From an uncultured Clostridium sp. (lineage in GTDB: Bacteria; Bacillota; Clostridia; TANB77; CAG-508), in contig CAYWAH010000001.1 of the NCBI GenBank assembly GCA_964456505.1, positions 37,464 to 101,463 of the forward strand: 64,000 nucleotides of DNA, written 5' to 3'. The notes under the pieces are model-generated. The model was not told the DNA's origin. It saw only the letters and a program-made list of their open reading frames with translations, and ran no database searches. Position numbers and translations under genes: made by a program. Within the stretch, counting starts at the first letter, position 1. Each line of letters begins with the position of its first letter. Below are positions 7,858-18,091 of this stretch, one piece after another.

Positions 7858-7886
7858 TTGACATAATTATTAAAAAGTTGCATAAT
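7858..7886 (+). promoter_or_regulatory. Strong sigma-A promoter: -35 TTGACA (7858-7863), 17 nt, -10 CATAAT (7881-7886)
   Basis: The -35 hexamer is consensus and the spacing is optimal. The promoter lies about 70 nt upstream of the 7959 ORF. Confidence 0.55.
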
Positions 7887-7958
7887 AAAAGTGTAACTTA
7901 TTAATTTATATTATGATTATTCTTTATATTTATTTAAGTTAGAAAGGAAAAAGAACAT

Positions 7959-8414
7959 ATGAAAAAACGGAACATTATTTTTAGGCTACTTATTTACTTG
8001 ATTTTAGTTTTATCAACATTTTATAATCTTTATGGAATCAAAAAAACATATGATTCTTCAAATAGTTTTATGCAACAGAATGCATATAATATTAAGGACA
8101 CTGACCCTATCACAGGAAATTTTAAAGACCTTGATAACATATCATCAATCCAAGTCTTAATGGATCACTACAGACTATATATTAAAAATATACAATTCCG
8201 TAAAGATTATTATGGACATTATATGGATGTATATATGGTTGATAAAAAGAAAAACATTAATATAATAATAACTTATGATTATTATTCAGGAGTTGCAACT
8301 TATAAAAATTATGAAGTTAATTGTAACTACTGGTTAAGAATCACTATTAATTTTGTTATTATATTGGTAGGATTAATTGTTGCAAGAAAGCTAGAGAGGA
8401 AAAAGAAAATATGA
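7959..8414 (+). CDS. Hypothetical bitopic membrane protein (N-terminal and C-terminal TM helices), paralog 1
   Basis: A GAAAGGAAAAAG RBS precedes the start. The N-terminal hydrophobic helix is LLIYLILVLSTF and the C-terminal helix is ITINFVIILVGLIVA. There is no recognisable family. Confidence 0.5.
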   Translation: MKKRNIIFRLLIYLILVLSTFYNLYGIKKTYDSSNSFMQQNAYNIKDTDPITGNFKDLDNISSIQVLMDHYRLYIKNIQFRKDYYGHYMDVYMVDKKKNINIIITYDYYSGVATYKNYEVNCNYWLRITINFVIILVGLIVARKLERKKKI

Positions 8415-8860
8415 GAAAGCGGAATATTATTAGGGCACTTATTTATATTGCCTTGGCGTTAGGGACCTTCACAAATTTGTATTTTCTTAAGAGGGATTAT
8501 GACTCTTCGGTAATTTACATTCAAACAAACTATGACACGCTAAACAGTTGCACAACTCCAGATGAACTTGTCGAGAAATATGGTGATCATATTAAAAAAA
8601 TGAAATTTCCAAATAAATATAAACACCATGAATATTTGAACGTATATATCACTGATAATATTATGAATAAGCATATAAGTATTATTGCTCGTTATTATCT
8701 CGATAATTTTGTTGGAGGAGAAACAACTCTTTTAGATTGCTGTTGTTCTGCAAATATCAATTACTGGCCGAGGATAATAATTAATTTTATTATTATATTG
8801 ATAAGCCTAGCCGGTTTATACTTTTGGCAAAAAAGAGATGAAATTAAATTAAAAGAATAA
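8411..8860 (+). CDS. Hypothetical bitopic membrane protein, paralog 2 (tandem duplicate of 7959-8414)
   Basis: The start overlaps the upstream stop (ATGA). It shares with the upstream ORF the motifs MxKRNII..LIY..L.L.TF.NLY, DYDSS, NYW.RI.INF and the same two-helix topology. Confidence 0.5.
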   Translation: MRKRNIIRALIYIALALGTFTNLYFLKRDYDSSVIYIQTNYDTLNSCTTPDELVEKYGDHIKKMKFPNKYKHHEYLNVYITDNIMNKHISIIARYYLDNFVGGETTLLDCCCSANINYWPRIIINFIIILISLAGLYFWQKRDEIKLKE

Positions 8861-8867
8861 TCATTTT

Positions 8868-8900
8868 AAAGCAACTAGTTAATCCTAGTTGCTTTTTATT
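8868..8900 (+). terminator. Rho-independent terminator
   Basis: The stem AAAGCAACTAG / CTAGTTGCTTT is followed by TTATT. Confidence 0.6.
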
Positions 8901-9095
8901 ATGCATATAAAGTTCTAAAAATATAAAAAAAACAATATAAAAAATATACATTATTTGAAATAAAATTGAAAATTTGCTTGTAATTTTATATAACTAAATA
9001 TATAATATACTTGAAATTTACTAAGATAAATGATATTAAAAATATTGATATACTTAAGATAAACAAGCAAAGATATAAAAATAGAAATGCAGAAA

Positions 9096-10214
9096 ATGAA
9101 AGATTTAAGAATTGAAAAATTAGCTAGTAATTTAATTAATCATTCTATTAAATTAAAAAAAGATGATAATATTTTGATTGAAATGTTAGGAGAAGATGCA
9201 CTAGTATTAGGAAAAGAATTAATAAAGCAGGCAGAAGAAATTGGCGCTAGACCATATTTTAATATTATTGATTATGATATATTAAGAGAAATGTTAATGA
9301 ATTCAACAGAAGAACAAATTAAGATTTATACGCAAATGGATTTGGATAGAATGAAAAAAATGGATGCATATATTGGAATTAGAGCAACAACAAATTCATC
9401 TGCTTTAAATGGCATTCCACAAGAAAAAATGAATTTCTATAACAATTATTATATGAAAAATGTTCATATAGAACAAAGAGTAAATCATACAAAATGGTGT
9501 ATATTGAGATATCCTAATAATTCAATGGCTCAACAAAATAATATGAACCTTGAACAAAGGGAAGACTTTTATTTTAATGTATGCAATCTTGATTATGATA
9601 AAATGGAAAGAGCAATGGAACCTTTAAAACAACTTATGAGTAATACGGATAAAGTTCATATTGTTGGAAAAGGTACAGACTTAACATTTAGTTTGAAAGG
9701 AATACCTGCAGAAAAATATTATGGAACATTCAATATTCCTGATGGTGAAGTAGCATCATGCCCAGTAAAAAACAGTGTCAATGGTTATATTACTTATAAT
9801 ACAGAAACTGTTTACAATGGTATTGTATTTAACAATATTAGATTTGAATTTAAAGATGGCAAAATAATAAATGCAACATCAAATAGAACTAAGGAGTTAA
9901 ACGAAATACTTGATACAGATGAGGGGGCAAGATACATTGGCGAATTTGCATTTGGACTAAATCCTTATGTTGAAAGAACAATGAATGATACTTTATTTGA
10001 TGAAAAAATTAGAGGAAGTTTCCATCTTACACCTGGACAAAGCTTACAAGAAAGTGATAATGGAAATAGATCAAGCATACATTGGGATATTGTAAACATT
10101 CAAACGCCTGAATATGGTGGTGGAGAAATTTATTTTGATGATGTACTAATCAGAAAAGATGGAAGATTTGTACCAGCTGAATTACAAGGACTAAACCCAG
10201 AAAATTTAATGTAA
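9096..10214 (+). CDS. Aminopeptidase, M29 family (AmpS/PepS/aminopeptidase T-like)
   Basis: At about 370 aa the protein is collinear with M29 thermophilic-type aminopeptidases: an N-terminal MKDL...KLA helix, then ...GARPYF... and ...GEFAFGLNP...SFHLTPGQS... Of the two possible starts (9087 and 9096), homology favours 9096. Confidence 0.65.
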   Translation: MKDLRIEKLASNLINHSIKLKKDDNILIEMLGEDALVLGKELIKQAEEIGARPYFNIIDYDILREMLMNSTEEQIKIYTQMDLDRMKKMDAYIGIRATTNSSALNGIPQEKMNFYNNYYMKNVHIEQRVNHTKWCILRYPNNSMAQQNNMNLEQREDFYFNVCNLDYDKMERAMEPLKQLMSNTDKVHIVGKGTDLTFSLKGIPAEKYYGTFNIPDGEVASCPVKNSVNGYITYNTETVYNGIVFNNIRFEFKDGKIINATSNRTKELNEILDTDEGARYIGEFAFGLNPYVERTMNDTLFDEKIRGSFHLTPGQSLQESDNGNRSSIHWDIVNIQTPEYGGGEIYFDDVLIRKDGRFVPAELQGLNPENLM

Positions 10215-10220
10215 TAAAAA

Positions 10221-10265
10221 GATAAAAAGGTATTTCAAAGTTGAAATATCCTTTTATCTTTATTA
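10221..10265 (+). terminator. Rho-independent terminator after the aminopeptidase
   Basis: GATAAAAAGGTATTTCAA pairs with TTGAAATATCCTTTTATC and is followed by TTTATT. Confidence 0.55.
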
Positions 10266-10346
10266 ATAGCAATAAGTGTTAAAACATTTTTTATAAAAAA
10301 GTCTAAAGAAAAAATTAAATTTATAATATTAAAACGAGGAATAAGA

Positions 10347-11315
10347 TTGAAAGATAAATCAAGGAAAATAAATAAAAGAACAAAGGCTAGTTACTATTCG
10401 ATATTAATTGCTATTTTATTTGCATTAGTTGTATTAGCTTATAATGGCGAAATTAATAATGGAAACACCGATGACTTAAATATTGCAAGTGCAGATGATA
10501 TTGAGCAGGTACAAAATTCATTAGATATAGAAGATAAAGAACTAGACCAAAATGCAAATAATGAAATTAATGGAGCCAATGGAAATAACGCAAATAATAA
10601 AAATGACTCAAACAAAGAAAATGGTTCAAGCAATGGAAATAATGAAGGCAATGCTAATTCAAGGAATGTAGAAAATAATAATTTAAATAAATCTACAATA
10701 GCATATGGAATAAATGAAAAGCCTAATATAGATGTTTCTAGCATTCCAGAATATTCATCAAGCCCATATGTTACAATAAATAATGGAAATCCATTTTTTG
10801 ATGAAAATGACTTTACAACAGAATCTTTTGAAAATTATAGTGATTTAGATAGTTTAGGAAGATGTCAATTTGCAATTGCAAATATTGGAAAAGATTTAAT
10901 GCCAACAGAACCAAGAGGAGAGATTGGTTCAGTTAAGCCAACTGGTTGGCATCTAGTTAAATATGATGGAATTGATGGAAAATATTTATATAATAGATGT
11001 CATTTAATCGGATACCAGTTAACAGGAGAGAATGCTAATCCAAAAAATTTAATTACAGGCACAAGATATTTAAATACTAAAGGAATGTTGCCTTTTGAAA
11101 ATATGGTGGCTGAGTACATAAGGAAAACTTCAAATCATGTAATGTATAGAGTTACACCAATTTTTCAAGGAAACAATTTGCTTGCTTCTGGAGTAATAAT
11201 GGAAGCAGAGTCTGTTGAAGATAATGGCGCCGGAATAAAATTTAATGTATATTGCTATAATGTTCAACCAGGCATATCAATTAATTATGCAAATGGAGAT
11301 AGCTCAAAGAACTAA
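10347..11315 (+). CDS. Membrane-anchored secreted DNA/RNA non-specific endonuclease (EndA/NucA DNA-entry nuclease-like, Endonuclease_NS_2)
   Basis: An N-terminal signal-anchor is followed by an Asn/Gly-rich low-complexity linker. The C-terminal domain carries the catalytic NRCHLIGYQL motif plus GTRYLN and YRVTPIF, as in competence nucleases. Confidence 0.65.
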   Translation: MKDKSRKINKRTKASYYSILIAILFALVVLAYNGEINNGNTDDLNIASADDIEQVQNSLDIEDKELDQNANNEINGANGNNANNKNDSNKENGSSNGNNEGNANSRNVENNNLNKSTIAYGINEKPNIDVSSIPEYSSSPYVTINNGNPFFDENDFTTESFENYSDLDSLGRCQFAIANIGKDLMPTEPRGEIGSVKPTGWHLVKYDGIDGKYLYNRCHLIGYQLTGENANPKNLITGTRYLNTKGMLPFENMVAEYIRKTSNHVMYRVTPIFQGNNLLASGVIMEAESVEDNGAGIKFNVYCYNVQPGISINYANGDSSKN

Positions 11316-11345
11316 TGCGTTTACAAAATGTTCATAAAATTTTCA

Positions 11346-11374
11346 TTGACTAAATGACTAAAATATAGTAAAAT
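11346..11374 (+). promoter_or_regulatory. Promoter of clpE: -35 TTGACT (11346-11351), 17 nt, -10 TAAAAT (11369-11374); overlapped by the direct repeat TTGACTAAA-TGACTAAA
   Basis: Both hexamers match sigma-A consensus. The direct repeat resembles CtsR heptads but with non-canonical spacing. Confidence 0.45.
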
Positions 11375-11396
11375 ACGTGTGAATGGAGAAGATAAT

Positions 11397-13733
11397 ATGA
11401 TATGTTCAGATTGTAAAAAAAATACGGCAGTTTTTTTCGTTGATGAAAAAGACGAAAAAACTGGAAAAATAGAGAAAAAAGGATATTGTTATACTTGTGC
11501 TAAAAAGCATGGATATGATCCAATAAAAAACGGAAGCGGAATGTTCCATATTGATGGCGTCACAGATGAGCAAATTCAAAATATGACATCACAATTAAAT
11601 GCTATGTTAAAGGATTTAACAGAGTCTATGACATTAGGCGAAAATGACGCAAATGAAATGGGCGAAATGGGTGACGTTGATGGCAACAATGAAAATGGAT
11701 TTTCTACACCTATGGGCTTTGCTATTCCAATTGGCTCAATTTTTGGAAACAATGGCGAAAATAACAATAACGATTCTACACAAAAAACAAAAACTAAAGT
11801 AGAAAAAAAGGCTAATAAAAAGAGAAAGTTTCTTAATTCATTTGGAACAAACCTAACTGAAAAAGCAAGAAACGGAAAAATTGATAAAGTCATTGGTAGA
11901 GAAAAAGAAATAACAAGAATTGTTCAAATACTTAATAGACGTACAAAAAACAATCCATGTTTAATTGGAGAGCCTGGTGTTGGAAAAACTGCAATAGCAC
12001 AAGGTCTTGCTTTGAAAATCGTTGAAGGTAATGTTCCTGCCAAATTATTAAACAAGGAAATTTATTTACTTGATATGACAGCAGTTGTAGCAGGCACACA
12101 ATTTAGAGGTCAATTTGAAGCTAGAATGAAAGCAATAATTGATGAGTGCAAACAAGATGGAAATGTTATTCTAGTTATTGATGAAATTCATAACATAATC
12201 GGTGCCGGCGATGCAGAGCATACAATGAATGCTGCAAATATTTTAAAACCTTCATTAGCAGACGGTTCAATTCAAATAATTGGAACAACTACATTGAATG
12301 AATATAGAAAATATATTGAAAAAGATTCAGCGCTAGAAAGAAGATTTCAACCTGTAATGGTTGAAGAACCAACTGTTTCAGACACTATAGACATAATAAA
12401 AGGAATTAAACAATACTATGAAAATTATCATAAAGTAACAATTCCTGATGATGTAATTGTACGACTTGTACAAATGTCTGAAAAATACATTCATGATAGA
12501 TTTTTACCTGATAAGGCAATAGATGTATTGGATGAGGCTTGCTCTAGAATAAACTTGGACAACAAGGATCTATACAAATTAGAGGTGTTAAAAAATAAAT
12601 TGCAAGAAGTTCAAGCAAATAAAGAAGAGGCTGCAAATGCTGATTCAACAGATGATTACAAAAAGGCTGCTGAACTTAAAATGCAAGAATGTTCTTTAAC
12701 AGATGAAATAAACGCTATAGAATCTAAAATGAAACCTGTAACTCTTACTGTGGAAGATGTTGCAAAAGTAATTGAAAGTTGGACAAAAATTCCTGTTCAA
12801 AAAATAACTGAGGAAGAAACACAAAAATTATTGAATTTGGAAGACAATTTGCATAAGAGAATTGTTGGACAAAATGAGGCAGTTGAGGCTGTTTCACGTG
12901 CTATTAGAAGAAATAGAGCAGGATTGAAAAGCACTAAAAGACCACCATCATTTATATTTGTTGGACCAACAGGTGTAGGAAAAACAGAACTTGCAAAGGC
13001 ACTAGCTACTGAAATGTTTGGTAGTGAAGATTCAATTATTAGAATTGATATGAGCGAATACATGGAGAGCAATTCTACTGCAAAATTAATAGGTGCTCCT
13101 CCAGGATATGTAGGTTATGATGATGCAGGACAATTAACAGAAAAAGTAAAACGTCATCCTTATTCAATAGTATTGCTAGATGAAATTGAAAAAGCACACG
13201 CAGATGTATTCAATATTTTGCTACAAGTTTTAGATGATGGAAGACTAACAGATGCACAAGGAAATACAGTAAGTTTTGAAAACACAATAATTATCATGAC
13301 ATCAAATGCTGGTTCAAACCAAAATATGAATTCAATCGGCTTTGGAAATGCTTCTGAAATGAAGAAAGAGAAAGTAATTGAGAGCTTAAATCAAACATTC
13401 AGACCTGAATTCTTAAATAGAGTAGATGAAATTATTGTATTCGATCCATTGAATAAAGATCAATTAAATAAGATTGTAGATTTAATGTTAAAAGATACTC
13501 AAAACGTTTTGAATGATAGAAATATAAAAATGTTTGTATCAGATGAAGCAAAAGAGTTCATACTAGAAAAGGGCACCAATATTAAATTTGGTGCTAGACC
13601 TTTGAGAAGAACAATTGAAAGATATATTGAAGATGAATTATCTGACATGATTCTTAAAGAAGAATTGAAAAACGGACAGAGCGTTTATATAGATTGCAAA
13701 AAAGAGGGAAAACTTACATATAAAGTCAAATAA
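11397..13733 (+). CDS. clpE: ATP-dependent Clp protease ATP-binding subunit ClpE (Zn-ribbon N-domain, two AAA+ modules)
   Basis: A GGAG RBS lies 8 nt before the ATG at 11397. The N-terminal zinc ribbon is CSDCKK...CYTC. Walker A motifs are GEPGVGKT and GPTGVGKT, with a coiled-coil middle domain. The gene encodes about 778 aa. Confidence 0.75.
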   Translation: MICSDCKKNTAVFFVDEKDEKTGKIEKKGYCYTCAKKHGYDPIKNGSGMFHIDGVTDEQIQNMTSQLNAMLKDLTESMTLGENDANEMGEMGDVDGNNENGFSTPMGFAIPIGSIFGNNGENNNNDSTQKTKTKVEKKANKKRKFLNSFGTNLTEKARNGKIDKVIGREKEITRIVQILNRRTKNNPCLIGEPGVGKTAIAQGLALKIVEGNVPAKLLNKEIYLLDMTAVVAGTQFRGQFEARMKAIIDECKQDGNVILVIDEIHNIIGAGDAEHTMNAANILKPSLADGSIQIIGTTTLNEYRKYIEKDSALERRFQPVMVEEPTVSDTIDIIKGIKQYYENYHKVTIPDDVIVRLVQMSEKYIHDRFLPDKAIDVLDEACSRINLDNKDLYKLEVLKNKLQEVQANKEEAANADSTDDYKKAAELKMQECSLTDEINAIESKMKPVTLTVEDVAKVIESWTKIPVQKITEEETQKLLNLEDNLHKRIVGQNEAVEAVSRAIRRNRAGLKSTKRPPSFIFVGPTGVGKTELAKALATEMFGSEDSIIRIDMSEYMESNSTAKLIGAPPGYVGYDDAGQLTEKVKRHPYSIVLLDEIEKAHADVFNILLQVLDDGRLTDAQGNTVSFENTIIIMTSNAGSNQNMNSIGFGNASEMKKEKVIESLNQTFRPEFLNRVDEIIVFDPLNKDQLNKIVDLMLKDTQNVLNDRNIKMFVSDEAKEFILEKGTNIKFGARPLRRTIERYIEDELSDMILKEELKNGQSVYIDCKKEGKLTYKVK

Positions 13734-13748
13734 TTTATAGAGGTGTAT

Positions 13749-14345
13749 ATGAGAAAAAAATCAAATGTTATCAAATATATTCCAAATATTTTAACGGTTA
13801 TTAGGTTTGTATTTATTCCTTTTATTGTGCTTGCAATTGCCTATAATCACTATATTGCTTCAATTGTGTTGTTTACATTGTCTTCAATAACAGATGTATG
13901 TGATGGCTTTATTGCTAGAAAATTTAATGCTATTTCTGATTTTGGAAAACTTATGGACCCATTGGCAGATAAATTAACACAATTGTCAATATTGCTAACA
14001 CTTACATTTAAAGAAATAGTTCCACCTTGGATTGTTATTGTATTGATTATTAAAGATGTATCAATGGTAGTAGGAGCATCATTCTTATATGGAAAACAAC
14101 TAGTAGTATCAAGTAGGTGGTATGGAAAATTAACAACTGTACTAATTTATAGTGCTGTTATTTCATCATTTTCAATTGAAATTTTTGATTGGCCTAAATT
14201 TGATATTTACTTGTACGATTTAGCAGTAATATTTGCAATATTCTCATTTTTTAGTTATATACACTATTTCTATGGAAAGGGCTATTTGCCTAATAAAGAA
14301 GAACTAAAAAAGACAACAGAAATTAAAAGTTATAAAGAAAAATAA
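13749..14345 (+). CDS. pgsA: CDP-diacylglycerol--glycerol-3-phosphate 3-phosphatidyltransferase
   Basis: It carries the CDP-alcohol phosphatidyltransferase motif DxxDGxxAR...G...DPLADK (DVCDGFIARKF...GKLMDPLADK) and multiple TM segments. A GAGG RBS lies 5 nt upstream of the start. Confidence 0.7.
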   Translation: MRKKSNVIKYIPNILTVIRFVFIPFIVLAIAYNHYIASIVLFTLSSITDVCDGFIARKFNAISDFGKLMDPLADKLTQLSILLTLTFKEIVPPWIVIVLIIKDVSMVVGASFLYGKQLVVSSRWYGKLTTVLIYSAVISSFSIEIFDWPKFDIYLYDLAVIFAIFSFFSYIHYFYGKGYLPNKEELKKTTEIKSYKEK

Positions 14346-14420
14346 TTTTTTCTAAAAATATTTACTTATAAAAATATTTAGTGATATAATAAACAAAAAA
14401 ATGGAGAAGGGGTTTCTAAA

Positions 14421-15401
14421 ATGAAAGAAGAAGCAAGAAAAGCGCTATACATAATTATAGCAATTATATGCGTAGTAGCAGTATTTGTTGGAGTTTTTGC
14501 TATGGTAATAAAAGCAAGACAACCTGAAAAGGTAACTACTACAGATGAAAATGGAGTAAAGCAAGAAAATGTTGTTGCGTCAAAAGAGGTTGTAAACAAT
14601 AATTTCAAAAGCTTATTTAAAAATACTTTTTCAGACTCTGGATATGATGTAAATAGCGTAGATAGAATAAATCCTAATTTACCAATTGTTTTTGAAGCAA
14701 TTACGTACAAACAAAGCGTAGATGGAAAATATGATATTGATATACATGTTCCAATGATAAATGTTAATAATGTGTTGGCACAAGGTTACAATGAAAATAC
14801 TCAAAGAATTTTTGTTAACAAAGCAAATCAAATTATTACAGCAAGCTCTAATCAAGAAACAACAGATGATACAGAACAAACTACTACAGAAAGTGAAGTA
14901 AACACAAATGATATTGCTACAATAAATGCAAATACAATTACAAATATAGATGTGACTGGAACAACCACAACTACAACAACACCTGTAGGAAAAACAACTT
15001 ATACAATTGACTATACTGGTTATATAAATAATGATGTGTTATCTTTAGTAATTATGGCTTCATTAAAAGAGGGAACAAATCCACAAAGAGTAATGATTCA
15101 AACATACAATTACAATTTAAAAACAAAGCAAAATGTTAATATAAAAAATGTAATTTCAAATAGAGGATTAGATAAATCTGCAGTAAATAGCAAAATTCAA
15201 AAATATGTTGCAAAGGCTGCAGAAGATGCAAGTGCTGCTTCAGCAATAGGGCAAGAAGTTTACCAAAGAGATTTAACTAGCGAAATTTACAATGTTGATA
15301 ATGTAAAGACATTCTTCCAAGGTCCTAATATGGAATTATACATTGTATATGCTTATGGAAATGTTGCAAACACATCAGAGATGGATATAATTGAAATATA
15401 A
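14421..15401 (+). CDS. Hypothetical membrane-anchored protein (N-terminal TM helix, Thr-rich linker)
   Basis: A GGAGAAGGGG RBS precedes the start. There is one N-terminal TM helix and no recognisable catalytic motifs. Confidence 0.45.
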   Translation: MKEEARKALYIIIAIICVVAVFVGVFAMVIKARQPEKVTTTDENGVKQENVVASKEVVNNNFKSLFKNTFSDSGYDVNSVDRINPNLPIVFEAITYKQSVDGKYDIDIHVPMINVNNVLAQGYNENTQRIFVNKANQIITASSNQETTDDTEQTTTESEVNTNDIATINANTITNIDVTGTTTTTTTPVGKTTYTIDYTGYINNDVLSLVIMASLKEGTNPQRVMIQTYNYNLKTKQNVNIKNVISNRGLDKSAVNSKIQKYVAKAAEDASAASAIGQEVYQRDLTSEIYNVDNVKTFFQGPNMELYIVYAYGNVANTSEMDIIEI

Positions 15402-15450
15402 AAAATAAATCGTTTGTCGAATTTTTGAAGAATTTGACGAACGATTTTTC

Positions 15451-15479
15451 TTGACATATAGGCCTTTAGCCATTATAAT
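15451..15479 (+). promoter_or_regulatory. Consensus sigma-A promoter of comM-dprA-yraN: -35 TTGACA (15451-15456), 17 nt, -10 TATAAT (15474-15479)
   Basis: Both hexamers are perfect and the spacing is 17 nt. The promoter is followed by a leader of about 170 nt. Confidence 0.6.
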
Positions 15480-15559
15480 AAATTTATAAATTCAAAAGGT
15501 TTTTAATTCAAAAATTTTTGAAATCATTTTAAATTAAAAAATTTTTAAAATCAAAACAA

Positions 15560-15640
15560 ATTAAAATCAGAATAAAAATCAGAATTAAAATTGAAATCAG
15601 AATTGAAATTAGAATCAAAATTAAATTCAAAAAGAAAAGA
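15560..15640 (+). repeat. Degenerate tandem repeats (AAAATCAGAAT-like, about 4 units) in the comM leader
   Basis: aaaatcagaata / aaaatcagaatt / aaattgaaatcagaatt / gaaattagaatc / aaaattaaattc lie immediately upstream of the comM RBS. Confidence 0.5.
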
Positions 15641-15651
15641 GAAAAGTAAAT

Positions 15652-17181
15652 ATGTTATCCATTGTAAAAAGTATTGCGCTCAATGGGCTTGATGGCTATG
15701 TGGTTAATGTGCAAGTTGATGTTTCTGCCGGAATTCCATCATGGGAAATTGTTGGCTTGCCTGATACGAGTATAAAGGAATCTAAAGAAAGAGTTAGAAC
15801 AGCAATTAAAAACGTTGTGAATGAAAGTCTGAGTAAGAAAATTGTTGTGAATTTAGCTCCTGCAGATATTAAAAAAGAGGGATCTTTTTTAGATTTGCCA
15901 ATTGCGATTGGAGTGCTTAAAAGTATTGGAAAAATAAATAATGATAATCTAGAAGATGTTGCTTTTGTAGGCGAACTGTCTTTAGATGGTGAGGTTAATG
16001 GCGTTTATGGAATTTTGCCTATTTGTATTGAGGCTAAAAAATTAGGAATTAAGAAATTAATCATTCCTAATAAAAATTTGAATGAGGCTTCTATTGTTGA
16101 TGAAATTCAAATTTATGGAGCGGATAATTTGTATGATGTTGTTGAATTTCTCAATGGTACGAAAGCGCTTAAACAAGAGAAAAGAGATTGGAAAAGTTTA
16201 CTCTATGATGAAGATAAATATGATATTGATTTTTCTGATGTTAAGGGACAAGAAAATGCTAAAAGAGGACTGGAGATTGCTGCTGCTGGAGGCCATAATT
16301 GTCTAATGATTGGCAGTCCTGGGAGTGGAAAGACAATGCTAGCAAATAGAATTCCAACAATATTGCCTGAATTAACTTTTGAGGAAGCTCTTGAGATTAC
16401 TAAAATTCATAGTATTGCAGGGGAACTTGATAGCCAAAATCCTATTATCACAAAAAGACCTTTTAGAAGCCCTCATCATACCATTTCTAGTTCTGCATTA
16501 ATTGGAGGTGGAAGAATACCAAACCCTGGGGAGATTAGTTTGTCACATTTTGGAGTGCTATTTTTAGATGAACTTCCAGAGTTTAATAAACATACTTTGG
16601 AGCAGTTGAGAGGTCCGTTAGAAGATAACAAAGTTACTATTAGTAGAGTTAATGCCAAAATTACATATCCTAGTAAATTTATGCTTATTGCTTCTATGAA
16701 CCCATGTCCATGTGGATATTATGGTTCTAATATTAAAGATTGTACTTGTTCAAGAGAGGCTATTACAAAGTATATGTCTCAAATAAGTGGACCATTGCTA
16801 GATAGAATTGATATTCAAATTGAGGTCCAAAATGTTGAATATAAAAAATTAGAAAGCAATGACAAAATTGAAACATCTAGTGAGATTAGAAAAAGAGTAA
16901 ATGAAGCAAGAAAAATTCAATTGGAAAGATATAAAGATGAAGGTATTTTTTCAAATTCAGAACTAACGCCAAAGATGATAAAAAAGTATTGTAAACTTGA
17001 TATAAATTCAAAAATGATTTTGGAAAAAGCGTTTAATAAATTGGGATTGAGTGCAAGAGCATATAATAGAATTTTAAAAGTTGCAAGGACAATTGCGGAT
17101 TTGGATAAGTCTAAAGACATACAAACTGGTCATATTGCAGAGGCTATACAATATAGAAGTTTAGATAAAAAATATTTCTAA
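15652..17181 (+). CDS. comM: Mg-chelatase-like AAA+ ATPase YifB/ComM (competence protein ComM)
   Basis: Its 509 aa span an N-terminal Lon-like ChlI domain, the Walker A motif GSPGSGKT, and the C-terminal ...ARAYNRILKVARTIADL... typical of the ComM/YifB family. Confidence 0.85.
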   Translation: MLSIVKSIALNGLDGYVVNVQVDVSAGIPSWEIVGLPDTSIKESKERVRTAIKNVVNESLSKKIVVNLAPADIKKEGSFLDLPIAIGVLKSIGKINNDNLEDVAFVGELSLDGEVNGVYGILPICIEAKKLGIKKLIIPNKNLNEASIVDEIQIYGADNLYDVVEFLNGTKALKQEKRDWKSLLYDEDKYDIDFSDVKGQENAKRGLEIAAAGGHNCLMIGSPGSGKTMLANRIPTILPELTFEEALEITKIHSIAGELDSQNPIITKRPFRSPHHTISSSALIGGGRIPNPGEISLSHFGVLFLDELPEFNKHTLEQLRGPLEDNKVTISRVNAKITYPSKFMLIASMNPCPCGYYGSNIKDCTCSREAITKYMSQISGPLLDRIDIQIEVQNVEYKKLESNDKIETSSEIRKRVNEARKIQLERYKDEGIFSNSELTPKMIKKYCKLDINSKMILEKAFNKLGLSARAYNRILKVARTIADLDKSKDIQTGHIAEAIQYRSLDKKYF

Positions 17182-17218
17182 ATTGATTTAAAATAAAAGA
17201 ATAATAAGGAGAAAAATA

Positions 17219-18091
17219 TTGGAGATAAAAGTATTAAATAAAAAGTGTAATGATTTTCCAACATTATTGAAAGAATTAAAAGATTGCCCTGAAGAATTGT
17301 ATTGTATGGGTAATATTGAGTTACTAAATAAACCATCGATAGCGATTGTTGGAACTCGTGATATAGATGAATACGGAATTAGTCAAACAAAAAGATTTTC
17401 AAGTATATTATCTCAAAAAGGATTAACTATTGTAAGTGGATTGGCTAGAGGAGTTGATTCTTATGCTCATTTTAGTTCAATGAAAAATGATGGGAAAACT
17501 ATTGCTGTAATTGCTTCAGGATTTAATCATATTTATCCTCCTGAAAACATCGGATTATTTAATGAAATTTTAGAAAATGATGGACTAATTATAAGCGAAT
17601 GGGAGCCTGATAAAGAAGTTGATATGAGAATGTTTCCAAGAAGAAATAGAATTATTAGCGGACTATCTGTTGGAACATTAGTTATTGAAGCAAAGTTTAG
17701 AAGTGGTAGTGGAATTACTGCAAGGCTTGCTAATGATCAAAATCGAGAAGTGTTTTGTATACCTGGAGACATTGATAATATTAGAAGTGTACGAACTAAT
17801 TTACTTATTATGAATGGAGCAAATTTAGTTACATCTCCTTATGACATTTTAGACACTTTAGAATATGATAATTTATTTGAAAAAAATAATAAAGAAATAA
17901 AATTGGATGAAGAATATAAAGAAATTATAGATAAAATAGGGGACACACCTATTAATGCTAATAGGATTGCAAGAATAATTGAAAAGCCTATAAGTTATGT
18001 TAATGAAAGACTTACAATACTTGAATTAGATGGATTTATAAAATCTGATAATAGAGGAAATTACAACAGAGTAAATGAAGGAAATTCTTAA
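17219..18091 (+). CDS. dprA: DNA processing protein A (DprA/Smf); TTG start
   Basis: An AAGGAG RBS precedes the start. The Rossmann-like DprA core carries the motifs IVGTRD, VSGLARGVD, AVIASG, RNRIISGLS and a C-terminal winged-helix extension. Confidence 0.85.
   Translation: MEIKVLNKKCNDFPTLLKELKDCPEELYCMGNIELLNKPSIAIVGTRDIDEYGISQTKRFSSILSQKGLTIVSGLARGVDSYAHFSSMKNDGKTIAVIASGFNHIYPPENIGLFNEILENDGLIISEWEPDKEVDMRMFPRRNRIISGLSVGTLVIEAKFRSGSGITARLANDQNREVFCIPGDIDNIRSVRTNLLIMNGANLVTSPYDILDTLEYDNLFEKNNKEIKLDEEYKEIIDKIGDTPINANRIARIIEKPISYVNERLTILELDGFIKSDNRGNYNRVNEGNS

Noticed and set aside
8861-9086. Direct repeat of the tRNA-Leu 3' end (attR-like) marking the distal boundary of an integrated island.
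   Set aside because: No copy of the 3' portion of the tRNA (e.g. TTCGAGTCCCACCACCTGCACCA, or 12 nt or more of it) was seen anywhere downstream. The islet boundary is instead marked by the Nudix-remnant repeat, so classic integrase-mediated insertion is not supported. No integrase gene is present either.
11341-11380. Canonical CtsR operator upstream of clpE.
   Set aside because: The TTGACTAAA-TGACTAAA repeat has heptads separated by 1 nt instead of the 3 nt (10-bp periodicity) of the A/GGTCAAANANA/GGTCAAA consensus. I kept it only as a low-confidence note.
11379-11396. GTG start at 11379 for clpE (as in the supplied ORF track).
   Set aside because: The ATG at 11397 has a GGAG RBS at 8-nt spacing and begins at the conserved zinc-ribbon (MICSDC). 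The upstream codons have no RBS.
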